Shown here: in pieces, positions 11,052 to 19,151 of the stretch | Numbering within the stretch: the stretch's first letter is position 1 | Layout: the number at the start of each line of letters is the position of its first letter | NCBI GenBank assembly: GCA_963816395.1 | Contig: CAWFKQ010000006.1 | Span: 128,001-192,000 of the forward strand | DNA: 64,000 nucleotides | Direction: 5' to 3' | Source of the DNA: an uncultured delta proteobacterium | GTDB lineage: Bacteria; Desulfobacterota; Desulfuromonadia; Desulfuromonadales; JACZKF01 | Program-made: the position numbers and the translations under genes | Notes under the pieces: model-generated | Told to the model about the DNA's origin: nothing | What the model saw: the letters and a program-made list of their open reading frames with translations, nothing else | The model's database searches: none

Positions 11052-11237
11052 ATGTCCCTGGTCAAAACCTGGTACACGCCGGAAGAGGCGGAGGAGAAAT
11101 TCGGGATCAAGAAGGGCAGGATCCTGGAATGGGTCGATGAAGGACTGGTTCGCTGCGAACGGGAGAACGGCCGGGTGGCGCGGGTGAATATCGACGACGT
11201 CCAGCTCCAGGCGGACAGCCTGGTCCGGGAATCGTAA
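11052..11237 (+). CDS. Small MerR/excisionase-like HTH protein
   Basis: MSLVKTWYTPEEAEEKFGIKKGRILEWVDEGLVR. Confidence 0.75.
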   Translation: MSLVKTWYTPEEAEEKFGIKKGRILEWVDEGLVRCERENGRVARVNIDDVQLQADSLVRES

Positions 11238-12452
11238 ATGGCGGGAGAGCGGTTGGATGTGGCGGTCATCGGCGGCGGCATCGTCGGTACCGCCACGGCC
11301 CTGGCCCTGGCCGAAGCGGCACCGGGACTCTCCCTGGCGGTGCTGGAGAAAGAGCGCCGCCTGGCTGCCCACCAGACCGGCAACAACAGCGGGGTCATTC
11401 ACTCGGGACTCTATTACCGCCCCGGATCATTGAAGGCCGCCAATTGTCTCGCCGGACGCGATGCCCTGTACGAATTCTGCCGGCGGTGGCAACTGCCGCA
11501 CGAGCGCTGCGGCAAGGTGGTCATCGCCGTTCGTGAAGAGGAGCTGCCCGCCCTGGCGGAACTGGAACGGCGGGGGCGGGAGAACGGCCTGCAGGGTCTG
11601 GAGCGCCTCGATGCCGGGCAGATCCGTCAGGTCGAGCCGCACGGCGCGGGTATTGCCGGGCTGTGGGTGCCGGAAACCGGGATCGTCGATTACGTCCGCG
11701 TGACCGAATGTCTCGCCGCGCGGGTGCGGGAGCGGGGAGGGGAGATTCGCACCGGCGCCCGGGTCTGGGGGGTGCGCCGGGAGATCGGCGGGTTTCGCCT
11801 GTTGACCACGGCCGGAACCGTTTCCTGCCGGGGCCTGGTCAATTGCGCCGGGCTGCAGAGCGACCGGGTGGCGCGGCTGTGCGGCATCGACCCGGGGGTG
11901 CGGATCGTCCCCTTCCGCGGCGAGTACTACCGGCTGCGTCCGGAGCGCCGCACCCTGGTCCGGAACCTGATCTATCCCGTTCCCGATCCGGCCCTGCCGT
12001 TTCTCGGCGTCCACTTCACCCGCATGATCGACGGCGAGGTGGAGGCCGGCCCGAACGCTGTCCTCGCCCTGAAACGGGAGGGTTACGGCCGCTTCAGCTT
12101 TTCCCTGCGCGATACTCTTGAGACCCTCACCTATACGGGATTCTGGCGTCTGGCCGGCGGCTACCTGGCCACCGGTCTGAAGGAATACTGGCGCTCATTG
12201 TCCAAGGATGCCTTCGTGCGCGAGTTGCAGCGGCTGCTGCCGGAAATTCGGAGAGATGATCTGGCCCGCGGCGGGGCCGGAGTGCGAGCCCAGGCGGTGG
12301 CGGCCGACGGCAGGCTGCTCGACGACTTCCATATCGCCGAAGGGGAGGGGATGGTCCATGTCCTCAATGCCCCCTCGCCGGCGGCGACCGCCGCCATCAG
12401 CATCGGCCGCACGGTGGCGGAGCGGGCGCGGCAGGCTTTCGGCTTGGGGTAA
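11238..12452 (+). CDS. lhgO: L-2-hydroxyglutarate oxidase
   Basis: VIGGGIVG, HQTGNNSGVIHSGLYY.PGSLKA, PFRGEYY, YPVPDP.LPFLGVHFT, GVRAQA, NAPSPAATA. Confidence 0.93.
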   Translation: MAGERLDVAVIGGGIVGTATALALAEAAPGLSLAVLEKERRLAAHQTGNNSGVIHSGLYYRPGSLKAANCLAGRDALYEFCRRWQLPHERCGKVVIAVREEELPALAELERRGRENGLQGLERLDAGQIRQVEPHGAGIAGLWVPETGIVDYVRVTECLAARVRERGGEIRTGARVWGVRREIGGFRLLTTAGTVSCRGLVNCAGLQSDRVARLCGIDPGVRIVPFRGEYYRLRPERRTLVRNLIYPVPDPALPFLGVHFTRMIDGEVEAGPNAVLALKREGYGRFSFSLRDTLETLTYTGFWRLAGGYLATGLKEYWRSLSKDAFVRELQRLLPEIRRDDLARGGAGVRAQAVAADGRLLDDFHIAEGEGMVHVLNAPSPAATAAISIGRTVAERARQAFGLG

Positions 12453-12456
12453 GGGC

Positions 12457-12753
12457 TCAGCAGCAGCTGCTCCCGTCGTCGCAGTCGCAGCTCGGTTCCT
12501 GCCCGGTCAGCCAGCCGTGGATGATGGCGCTGGCGCAGCCCACCCCCGGCGTGACGGCGATCGCCGCGCTTGGGCAATTACGGGCGCAGGCGCCGCATTC
12601 CATGCAGCCGTCCCGGTCGGCCAGATCGGCTTTCCCCGCCGCCAGCACAAATACTCCGTGTGGACAGACCAGCGCACACAGGCCGCAGCCGATGCATTTC
12701 CCGGTATCCAGCCGCAGGCTGGTTACTCCTTCCAGATAACGGAACTTTTCCAT
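12457..12753 (-). CDS. hgcB: Mercury methylation 2[4Fe-4S] ferredoxin HgcB
   Basis: CIGCGLCALVCPHGVF, CMECGACARNCP, GVGCA, C-terminal CC; directly downstream of hgcA. Confidence 0.95.
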   Translation of the reverse strand: MEKFRYLEGVTSLRLDTGKCIGCGLCALVCPHGVFVLAAGKADLADRDGCMECGACARNCPSAAIAVTPGVGCASAIIHGWLTGQEPSCDCDDGSSCC

Positions 12754-12789
12754 AAGATGCGTCCAGCAAGCGAGATGAATGTGTTATAA

Positions 12790-13959
12790 TTAAAAAGCAG
12801 AGCCGATCCACATGGCGCCGGCAATCAGCAGCGCTGCCCCCTGCAGTGGGATGCGCCCGGCGCATTTCCTTCTCCACGCCGGAAGGGGAGGTGAAGGGGG
12901 TGGAGCCGGTGAAGTTCATCCCGGCATAGGAGGCCACCGCGGACACAGCAAGCACCATGGCTCCCCCGGTCGCCACCGGCAGCCCCAGGGCGATGGCGGC
13001 GGCCAGGGCGGAGACGCCGCCGGCAAAGGCTCCCTTGGCGGCGAAGGCCCGTCCCGGCAGCCAGGGAAGCAACAACGGGGTCAGGACGCAGCCGGCCAGC
13101 AGCCCGGCCAGGTAGGCGAGGACGGCCGCCCCGCCCCGCTCCGGCGGCGGCGGACAGGGTGAAGAAGCCCGGGCCCAGGCCGCCCAGCAGCAGGAGCGCC
13201 GGCAGGTCCAGAGGGTGATCCCGCGCATTCCGGTCAACTCCACCGGGGTGAGGATCAGCCGTTCGCCGGCGCTGAAAGTGACCCGCCGCATGCTCGGCGA
13301 TGCCTGCATGCCGGCGGCCAGGAAAGAACGGATATCACCCGCCCGCACCGGCCCGTAGACCACCCGGAAGCCGCACTCCTGGCGCACCCGGTGGGCGGCT
13401 ACGCCGGGGGCCGCCAACTGCGGCAGAACCAGGACGCGGTGGCTTACCACCTGCTCCAGCCTGGCCGCCCGTACCTGCCGGATTACCTCGGCAGTGCCGA
13501 AGGTCCCCTTGCCGGCGGCGCACCAGACGTTGATCCCCCGGGTGTCGAGAACCAGGAGCCAGGCATCCAGACCGACCAGCTCCCGGCGCAGCAGGTCGAA
13601 GGTCATCTTGTAGTTGGCGGTAACCAGGACGGGAGAGGCGGGAGTGGGGTTTCCGACGGCATACAGCCCGGGTCTGATCCGGTAGCGATGGCGCCCGAGC
13701 CCCCAGCGCATCTGCCAGCGGCCGAAAATATCCGCCCAGGTGAGGAGAGAGGAGACCCGGGGGATTTCGCCGCCGGCGGCCTTCACGGTACCGTCGATGC
13801 AGGGCCAGTCACGATAGGGAAAGCCTGTCCCGGGCGGTGCGCCGACGGCGCACAGCAGGAGTCGGTGGCATTTTCCGGCGCCGCACCCGGCGGCGCTTTC
13901 GGCGGTCAACACGCCGTTCCGGCCGGTTTTTCCGTTTTCTTGTCGCCTTTTTCGAGCAC
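12790..13959 (-). CDS. hgcA: Mercury methylation corrinoid protein HgcA with N-terminal extension (probable selenocysteine at codon 18; several frameshifts)
   Basis: PGLYAVGNP..SPVLVTANYKMTFD, cap helix GINVWCAAGKGTF, LPQLAAPGV, VYGPVRA, TM helices, MNFTGSTPFTSPSGVEKEM; GTG start at 13959 after AAGGA RBS; stop TAA at 12790. Confidence 0.93.
13878..13908 (-). promoter_or_regulatory. In-frame TGA plus putative bacterial SECIS hairpin in hgcA
   Basis: TGT-TGA-ccgccgaaa-GCGCCGC-cgggt-GCGGCGC: perfect 7-bp stem, loop starting 16 nt after the TGA, G at loop position 2. Confidence 0.7.
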
Positions 13960-13971
13960 TGGGGGTCCTTA

Positions 13972-15040
13972 TTAACCGGTTTTCCGCCCGCCGCAAGACT
14001 TCAGCCGCTGGTGGGCGAAGCGCAGCAGGCGTTCGGTGGTCGGCCAGTCAATGCACTTGTCGGTAACCGAGACGCCGTAGCGGAGTTGTGAAAGGTTCTC
14101 GGCAATCGGCTGATTGCCGGCTTCCAGATTGCTCTCGATCATCACCGCGCAAATGGAGCGGTTGCCGCCACTGAGCTGATCGATCACATTGATCAGGACT
14201 TCCTCCTGACGATTATGGTCTTTGTAGCTGTTGGCATGGCTGCAGTCGACCATGATCGCTGCTTTCAGCCCCGCCGCGGTCAACAGTCTCCTCGGTCCGG
14301 TGAATGTCCTCCGGCTGGTAATTGGGTTGATCGTTGCCGCCGCGCAGGACGATATGCACCTCAGGATTGCCGCTGGTCTGGACGATGGAAGTGCGCCCCT
14401 CGTTATTGATGCCCAGGAAGCTGTGCGGGTGCAGCGCCGCATTCATGGCATCGATGGCGATCTGCAGGTTGCCGTCGGTGCCGTTCTTGAAGCCCACCGG
14501 GAAGGAGAGACCGCTCGCTACCTCCCGGTGGGTCTGCGATTCGGTGGTGCGGGCGCCGATCGCCCCCCAACTGATCAGGTCGGCGAGATAATGAGGGGTG
14601 ATCGGGTCGAGCATTTCACAGGCCACCGGCAACTCCATTTCGGTAATGGCGCTCAGCAGGCCCCGGGCCACCCCGAGGCCCTTGGAAATCTGGTGGGTGC
14701 CGTTGCGGTCCGGATCGTTGATCAGGCCCTTCCAACCGATGGTGGTGCGTGGTTTTTCAAAATAGACCCGCATCACCAGCAAAAGCTGGTCGGAGAGCTC
14801 CCGGGCGAGCGCGGCCAGCCGCCCGGCGTAATCGAGGGCTGCGGTCGGATCGTGGATGGAACAGGGACCGACCACCACCATCAGCCGCGGATCGCGTTGG
14901 TTCAGGATGTCGGTGACCTGGGCGCGGGCGGCGGTGACGAAATCGGCGCCCCGCTCCGCCAGGGGGAAGATCTGCTTCAGATCGTTCGGGGCGATGATCG
15001 GCGTCAGGCCGCGGATGCGAAGATTGCTGGTGCGCTTCAT
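13972..15040 (-). CDS. aroF: 3-deoxy-7-phosphoheptulonate (DAHP) synthase, class I-alpha (frameshift near 14285)
   Basis: VVGPCSIHD, MRVYFEKPRTT.GWKGLINDP, WGAIGARTTESQTHRE.ASGLS.PVGFKNGTDG, MVDCSHANS, MIESNL, YGVSVTDKCI. Confidence 0.93.
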
Positions 15041-15168
15041 GATCGGTACCCTCAGGAATTTAAGTGCCGCTCCGCCTCCGGGGAGGGATCGGCTGGAGGC
15101 GCCAATCTAGCGACTTTCCCGCGAAAAGTCAAAAACTTCTAGCGATTTCCACACTCCCGGGAAAGGGT

Positions 15169-15198
15169 TTGACACCCCGGCGCGGATTCGAGTATAAA
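15169..15198 (+). promoter_or_regulatory. Putative sigma70 promoter for yggT-divIVA-yggU
   Basis: TTGACA-N18-TATAAA. Confidence 0.5.
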
Positions 15199-15248
15199 AG
15201 GTTTTCAGCTATTTGCGCGTCAAAATAACCGGTTAAGAAGGAGAGACG

Positions 15249-15545
15249 ATGGGAGTCCTCGGCGAGATAGTGATGGTCTTCGCCCAGATGGTCAACTTGC
15301 TGGTCACCGTCTATATCTACATCATCGTGGCGCGGGCGATCATTTCCTGGGTGAACCCCGATCCCTACAATCCCATCGTGCGTTTCCTTCATAATGCCAC
15401 CGATCCTCTCCTCTACCGCATTCGGCGGTTCATTCCCCTGCAGCTCGGCGGCATCGATTTTTCCCCCATCGTCCTGCTCTTCGCCCTTTACCTGCTGCAG
15501 CGGATCATCATCGTTCTTCTCACCCGGCTGGCCTACAGCCTCTGA
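15249..15545 (+). CDS. yggT: YggT family membrane protein
   Basis: IVARAIISWVNPDPYNPIVRFL..TDPLL..IRR..GGIDFSPIV. Confidence 0.93.
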   Translation: MGVLGEIVMVFAQMVNLLVTVYIYIIVARAIISWVNPDPYNPIVRFLHNATDPLLYRIRRFIPLQLGGIDFSPIVLLFALYLLQRIIIVLLTRLAYSL

Positions 15546-15558
15546 CGGAAAGAGCGCC

Positions 15559-16092
15559 ATGAGCATAACGCCCATCGACATCCAGCAGCACCAGTTCCGG
15601 ACCCGTCCCCTGGGTTATGAAAAAGCCGGCGTCGACCATTTCCTTGAGCTGGTGGCGGAGGAAATCGAGCGCCTGCACCGGCAGAACCAGGAGCTCAAGG
15701 AGAGCCTGGCCCGCACCCGCTCCTCCCTGGAGGAAATGCGGGCGCGTGAGTTGACCTTGAAGGAGACCCTGCTGACCACCCAGAAAGTGACCGACGAACT
15801 GAAAGCCAATGCCCGCAGGGAAGCGGAAAACATTCTCACTGAGGCCCAGCTGCGGGGGGAAAGGATCGTGCGGGATGCCGAAGAGCGCCGCATCCAGCTG
15901 ATTGGCGAAATTCAGGAGATCAAAAGGCAGAAGATCGCCTTCCAAAGTCGTTTGCGGTCGCTGGTGGAAACCCATATGCGCCTGCTCGACCTGGATGTCG
16001 TGGCGGTCGAGGGGCAGCACGAGGAACGGCTTCTGGAGCAGACCCTTCCCTTTGGAGAGAGAGGAAAGGTTGCCGGGGCGGAGGGCGGCTGA
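15559..16092 (+). CDS. DivIVA domain protein
   Basis: MSITPIDIQQHQFRTRPLGYEKAGVDHFLELVAEE plus coiled coil. Confidence 0.92.
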   Translation: MSITPIDIQQHQFRTRPLGYEKAGVDHFLELVAEEIERLHRQNQELKESLARTRSSLEEMRARELTLKETLLTTQKVTDELKANARREAENILTEAQLRGERIVRDAEERRIQLIGEIQEIKRQKIAFQSRLRSLVETHMRLLDLDVVAVEGQHEERLLEQTLPFGERGKVAGAEGG

Positions 16093-16400
16093 TGGCTCCT
16101 TTTCTCCGCCAGGCCGGAGAGGGAGTCGGCATCGACGTCTATGTCCAGCCGCGGGCCAGCCGCAACGAAGTGGTCGGCCTGCAGGGAGAAGAACTGAAGA
16201 TCCGCCTGACCTCCCCACCGGTAGAGGGCGCGGCCAATCGCCTGTGCACCGATTTTCTCGCCCATCTCCTGGGGGTGCCGCGTCGCGATGTCATTCTGCT
16301 GGCCGGGGACAGGTCCCGGCATAAGCGCCTCCTGGTGCGGGGACTCTCCCTGGAGGAGATACGGCGGACGCTGGCCGCCCACCTTCCACTTTCCTCCTGA
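16092..16400 (+). CDS. yggU: DUF167/YggU family protein
   Basis: VYVQPRASRNEVVG..LKIRLTSPPVEGAAN..L..GDRSRHK. Confidence 0.9.
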   Translation: MAPFLRQAGEGVGIDVYVQPRASRNEVVGLQGEELKIRLTSPPVEGAANRLCTDFLAHLLGVPRRDVILLAGDRSRHKRLLVRGLSLEEIRRTLAAHLPLSS

Positions 16401-16484
16401 AATTCTCTGCCCCAGCTTCCGCAATCAACCATTTCTTGTCTCCGAGGTCGTCGCCGCCGCCCGCTACCTATGCCGGCCGGGCAC

Positions 16485-16570
16485 AGAAAAGACCTGAGAA
16501 CTGTTTTGATCGTTGACGACAGCCTGGCCCTGAGGCGGCGCCTGGAGCGGATCGTCACCAGTTCCGATAG
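16485..16570 (+). pseudogene. Possible remnant of a response-regulator receiver domain
   Basis: KDLRTVLIVDDSLALRRRLERIVTSS resembles receiver beta1-alpha1; no further similarity visible. Confidence 0.35.
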
Positions 16571-16645
16571 ACGCCGGGGCAGATGGCACTGTTCATCAAC
16601 CGGCGGGGCTTGTAGAAAATCTGTCCCGGATCGGAGATCGGACAT

Positions 16646-16686
16646 GGGGGGCGGCACCCGCGGGTGCCGCCCCCCCTGTTTTTTTC
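16646..16686. terminator. Strong GC hairpin, likely intrinsic terminator
   Basis: ggggggcggcaccc-gc-gggtgccgcccccc followed by a T tract. Confidence 0.75.
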
Positions 16687-18740
16687 TACTGCGCCGGCAG
16701 CGGCCCCACGTAGAAAGGACGCATCATCTCATTGTCCTCGTGTTCGAGGATGTGACAGTGCCAGACGTACAATCCGGCCAGGTCGAAGTTGGCCTTGATG
16801 AAAGTGACCTCCCCGGGATAAGCGATCACCGTGTCCTTCCGGCCGGCCTCCCAGGGCTGCGGTGATTCGGCGGGGCCGGTGAATTGCGGCTGTGGCGGAT
16901 CGCCGGTCCTGCCGTTCAGCAGGTACTGCATCTGGTCGTCGATGAAAGCATCGACATCGAAGGGGCGGCGTTCGAGCACCTCGAAGGTCACCAGATGCAG
17001 ATGAATGGGATGGGCATCGGCGGTCAGGTTGATCAGGCGCCAGACTTCAGTGTCGCCGACCATCGGGTTTTCGGTAATCGGCGCCATCCAGGGAAGGGGT
17101 CCCGCTGCGGCGGTGCCCAGTTCCGCTTCTATCGGGATTTCGTCGTTCCCGGGAACGGGGAAGGCGATTTCGTTCAGGGTCAGGTCGCGGGTGGTTCTTT
17201 CAGCCCCCAGGGGCTCGATAGCCGGCAGGGAAGTCGGGATCGCCCCAGCGTTCCCTTCCTTGCCGCCAACCACGACTCTGAACTGCATCACCTGACCGGT
17301 GGTGGCGGGATCGGCCGGCTCGAAAGCCTCTTCCGGCTCGCCGCCGCCGAAGGGCTCGTCCGGACCGAGGTTAAGCAGTTGAATCTTATCGCCGGGGGAG
17401 AAGCCGGAAAAATCGACCAGCACATCGGCTCGCTCCGCCGGTGCCAACAGCAACCTCGGGAGTTGGAGCGGGGAGCCCGGCAGCAGCCCCCCTTCGTTGC
17501 CGATCTGGTGGAAGGGAAGTTCGGTGTTGAATTTGAGGATGAGGAAACGGGCATTGCAGCCATTGAGAATCCGCAAGCGGTAGAGGCGCGGCTCCACCTC
17601 CAGGTACGGCCAGGTATTCCCGTTGACTACGATGGTATTGCCGAAAAATTCCGGGTTCCAGATGGGGGCGACCGGTGTGGCCGGAATATACGGGCCCGGA
17701 TAGCCGTCGAAGAAAGCCCGGGTATCGGGGTAGAAGAGGGATCCGTCGGTGTTGAAGGAGCGGTCCTGGATCGCCAGCGGGATTTCGTAATAGTGTTTGC
17801 CGGGCGGGTCGCCCGGCGCCGGTGCCGGGCCGGGGAGGTTGGCTGTTTCCTCATCGGCGCTGCGAATCAGCCAGAACCCCGACATCCCCGCATACACGTT
17901 CAGGCGTGTCATGCCCAGGGTATGGTCGTGATACCACAGCGTGGCGGGACGCTGGTCGTTCGGGTATTCGAACCAGGCGGCGCCGGGCGGCGCCGGTTGG
18001 ACCGAGCGGTATCTGGTGCCCTGGATGGCGTAGCCCGGCGGGATATCCTTGGCGTTTGGCAGATACCAGGCTTCCGGGTAGCCGTCGCTGATGTCCGGCA
18101 CGTGCGCCCCGTGCAGATGGGTGACGATCGGCACGGGGCCGGTATATGGACCTGGTGTGGTGGTGAAAGCCGGTCTCTGGTCACGGCCTTCAATCCCTCC
18201 CGGCGGGTTGGCCCAGTGCAGGGTCGGGTCAACCGGCAGCAGATGAGGCAGATAATTCCGGTTCTGATCGGTCAGCTGATTTTCCCACAGTACGCGAATG
18301 GTCTGATCTTTCTGGGCTTCGATGGTATAGGCAGGCCAGTGAAAGGTGCGGTTGGCCTGGGGTCCGTTTTTGGGATCGGTGGCCAGGCCGTACCCCCAGA
18401 CGGTGGTGGCCGGCCATCCCTCCGGAAGGACCTGCTGACTGAACTGGCGGACGCCGATCTTGTAAAGGGTGAAAGGGGAATCTTTGCCGGTCTGCCCCTC
18501 CGGCGGCATGGCCGGCGGGATTACCAGCGGGGTGACATATTGTGGGATGCTCGTCGGGTCGAGGGGCTGCCGTTCGGTCTGGACGGAGATCCCTGTCGCG
18601 GCGGCGGCCGCCACTTCGGAAGAGGCTGCCGATGAGGTTGTCGAACCGTCGCCTGAGGAATCGCCGCAGCCCCAGGCAGAAAGGGCGAGAACGGCGGCGG
18701 CAAGCCATGAAATCCACTTGTAGGTCCCGAGTGCTCTCAT
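16686..18740 (-). CDS. Multicopper oxidase (CotA/bilirubin oxidase-like), lipoprotein
   Basis: AGGAGG RBS; lipobox SAWGC; VTHLHG, LWYHDH, HPIHLHL, WHCHILEHEDNEMM copper motifs. Confidence 0.93.
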   Translation of the reverse strand: MRALGTYKWISWLAAAVLALSAWGCGDSSGDGSTTSSAASSEVAAAAATGISVQTERQPLDPTSIPQYVTPLVIPPAMPPEGQTGKDSPFTLYKIGVRQFSQQVLPEGWPATTVWGYGLATDPKNGPQANRTFHWPAYTIEAQKDQTIRVLWENQLTDQNRNYLPHLLPVDPTLHWANPPGGIEGRDQRPAFTTTPGPYTGPVPIVTHLHGAHVPDISDGYPEAWYLPNAKDIPPGYAIQGTRYRSVQPAPPGAAWFEYPNDQRPATLWYHDHTLGMTRLNVYAGMSGFWLIRSADEETANLPGPAPAPGDPPGKHYYEIPLAIQDRSFNTDGSLFYPDTRAFFDGYPGPYIPATPVAPIWNPEFFGNTIVVNGNTWPYLEVEPRLYRLRILNGCNARFLILKFNTELPFHQIGNEGGLLPGSPLQLPRLLLAPAERADVLVDFSGFSPGDKIQLLNLGPDEPFGGGEPEEAFEPADPATTGQVMQFRVVVGGKEGNAGAIPTSLPAIEPLGAERTTRDLTLNEIAFPVPGNDEIPIEAELGTAAAGPLPWMAPITENPMVGDTEVWRLINLTADAHPIHLHLVTFEVLERRPFDVDAFIDDQMQYLLNGRTGDPPQPQFTGPAESPQPWEAGRKDTVIAYPGEVTFIKANFDLAGLYVWHCHILEHEDNEMMRPFYVGPLPAQ

Positions 18741-19052
18741 TGATCCTCCTCCTCGCGTGTGGCTTTTTTCTCGAACTCCTTTTCTCCCCTCCCCGAACAG
18801 AACCCAACCAGGCTCATAGAGGGATGCTCTGTGCCTGAGTCCTGCAGATCGCATTGAAAATTAAGTGGATTTAAATAAACAAAAGCAGAGAAAATGACGC
18901 TGTCAAGAGGAGTTAGAGGAAAAACATGCAAGTGGCGGAGGCGCGGACGCTGTCCGTTCGGGAGGCTGAGTTTGTAGCGGTGGGGCGGCTGTCACCGACC
19001 CGCTGGCGACCCCTATCCCGCAATCCCCTCTTCCCGTTCGCCTCAACTTGGT

Positions 19053-19082
19053 TTGACAAACCATAAAATCTTGTTTTACAGT
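19053..19082 (+). promoter_or_regulatory. Putative sigma70 promoter of Ehr cluster 1
   Basis: TTGACA-N18-TACAGT. Confidence 0.4.
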
Positions 19083-19151
19083 GTTGCCGGTGTAATGGTC
19101 CAAGGCTCCGACTCCTCCGGGAATGAAGCCTTGCCTCTGGGGAGGCCGCGC

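Noticed and set aside
11052..11237. MerR-like HTH as the mercury sensor for hgcAB
   Set aside because: Only a 61-aa HTH with one Cys and no metal-binding domain; it is coupled to lhgO on the opposite strand
12457..12465. HgcB ends CC-TGA: possible second selenocysteine
   Set aside because: Terminal CC is the normal HgcB end, no convincing SECIS-like hairpin follows, and read-through would run antisense into lhgO
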